Source of the DNA: Vicugna vicugna
Lineage: Eukaryota
Assembly: GCA_013265495.1 (NCBI GenBank)
Contig: MU057477.1
Location: 62,001 to 126,000, forward strand
DNA length: 64,000 bases
Direction: 5' to 3'
The translations under genes were made by a program, and so were the position numbers. Below are positions 62,900 to 64,000 of this stretch, piece after piece (the first letter of the stretch is position 1; each line of letters opens with the position of its first letter). The notes under the pieces are model-generated. The model had not been told where the DNA came from. It ran no database searches and saw nothing but the letters and a program-made list of their open reading frames with translations.

Positions 62900-64000
62900 T
62901 GGGCCTCCCCTGCCCCTGGCTCATTCTCAGAGCTGACTGGCTCCCATCACTCAGAGCAGCTGGAAGCCATCAGGTGTGAGCTTCCTCACCCTCCACCAAA
63001 ATACCTGTGAGCCTGAGGCCTCCGTTGCATTTTCTTCCCTCCTTTCCTCTCACCAGGGAAGCAGTGTCAGTGCTCCAGTATCAGGTCAACCCTCCCCTCC
63101 ACTGCCGATCCCAGCCCCTCAGCTCTCTCAGGGACCTTCTGTTAATCATTATCCCCTCCTCTTCTCTGTCTCAGCTTTGAAATGTACTCAGTTATCTCAC
63201 CTGAAAGCAAAACAAAATCGCCCCTCATCCCCCTGTTCTCCTCAAAAAACACCCTCTTTTTTTCATCTTCCTTTTACAGCCCTGTTTCTTGAAAAAGTCA
63301 CCTGTACTTTGGGATTTAGTTCTTAACTCACATTTCACTTTTCAACCCCCTCCTAACTCACCCCCTTCCCCTGAAAATGCTGTCACTAAAACAGCCAGCA
63401 AACGGCTTCCAGGTCCCCAAATCTGGGGGACACTTTCCATCCGTATCTGCGTTGACCTTGATTCTGTGACAGCACACTCACCTTGTCCACCTCCTGCCTC
63501 CCTGGCTGTTCCTTCCTGTCTCCTAGCCAGCCAGCTGCACCGCCCTATCTCATCTCTTAAGTGCTGGACTTCTGCCTCTTATACTAGAACCTCTGCATTT
63601 CTTTATCTTCATACACTTGCTAAGTGATTTCTGTCCGGATGCTCATGACTCCAGACTGGCATCTCTCCCCTGCATCTGAGTGCTGAACAGTTGTCATCCC
63701 TCAGATGTCTCCCAGGCACCTCAAAAGCAGCACACCTGGAACTGGACTCATCATCTTACCCCCTAAACCATTCATCTCATTGTTAAAACCAAAAGCCCAG
63801 GAGGATTCCTCTTCTTCACCTCCTGTGAGTAGTAAGTCACTAGTCCTATGGATTTCATCTCTTCCAGAGAATCTCTGACTGTCTGAATCTGTCCATGTCT
63901 CCCCAGTTCCACTGACACCACTTGGTTTAAGCCTCCATTATCTTCCACCTGGACTCTGGCAACAGATTCCTAACCGGCTCCCTCGTCCCATCCACATCAT
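62900..64000. mobile_element. L2 LINE fragments
   Basis: CT-rich degenerate L2 motifs (GACTCCAGACT..ATCTC, CACCTCAAA, CCATTATCTTCCACCTGGACT...CCTAAC). Confidence 0.55.

Noticed and set aside
1..64000. CRISPR arrays, operons or other prokaryotic/viral systems
   Set aside because: No regularly spaced repeat-spacer structure or dense ORF packing; the sequence is intron-rich mammalian DNA

Overview
Mammalian genomic DNA, probably a camelid (alpaca, llama or camel), judged from six copies of a tRNA-Ala-derived SINE with a (AAAT)n...ACCTAATTACCTCCC tail. The window holds four spliced protein-coding genes, each with its own CpG-island promoter: the 5' part of NEK3 (minus strand, runs off the left edge), complete CKAP2 (minus, 9 coding exons, 681-683 aa), complete VPS36 (plus, 14 coding exons, 385 aa) and the 5' part of THSD1 (plus, runs off the right edge). 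All exons were reconstructed by hand from GT-AG boundaries with consistent phase. The rest is intronic and intergenic sequence with L1, L2, MIR, DNA-transposon and LTR relics. There is no prokaryotic-type system and I found no convincing new gene. The most interesting observations are small-scale: a start-stop codon pair plus an overlapping out-of-frame uORF in the THSD1 leader; an orphan poly(A) retro-insertion with a perfect target-site duplication; a candidate L1 3' transduction; an inverted SINE pair in the VPS36 termination zone; unusual CKAP2 splice acceptors; and a gene order that differs from human. Comparisons to human and mouse are from memory and need checking.
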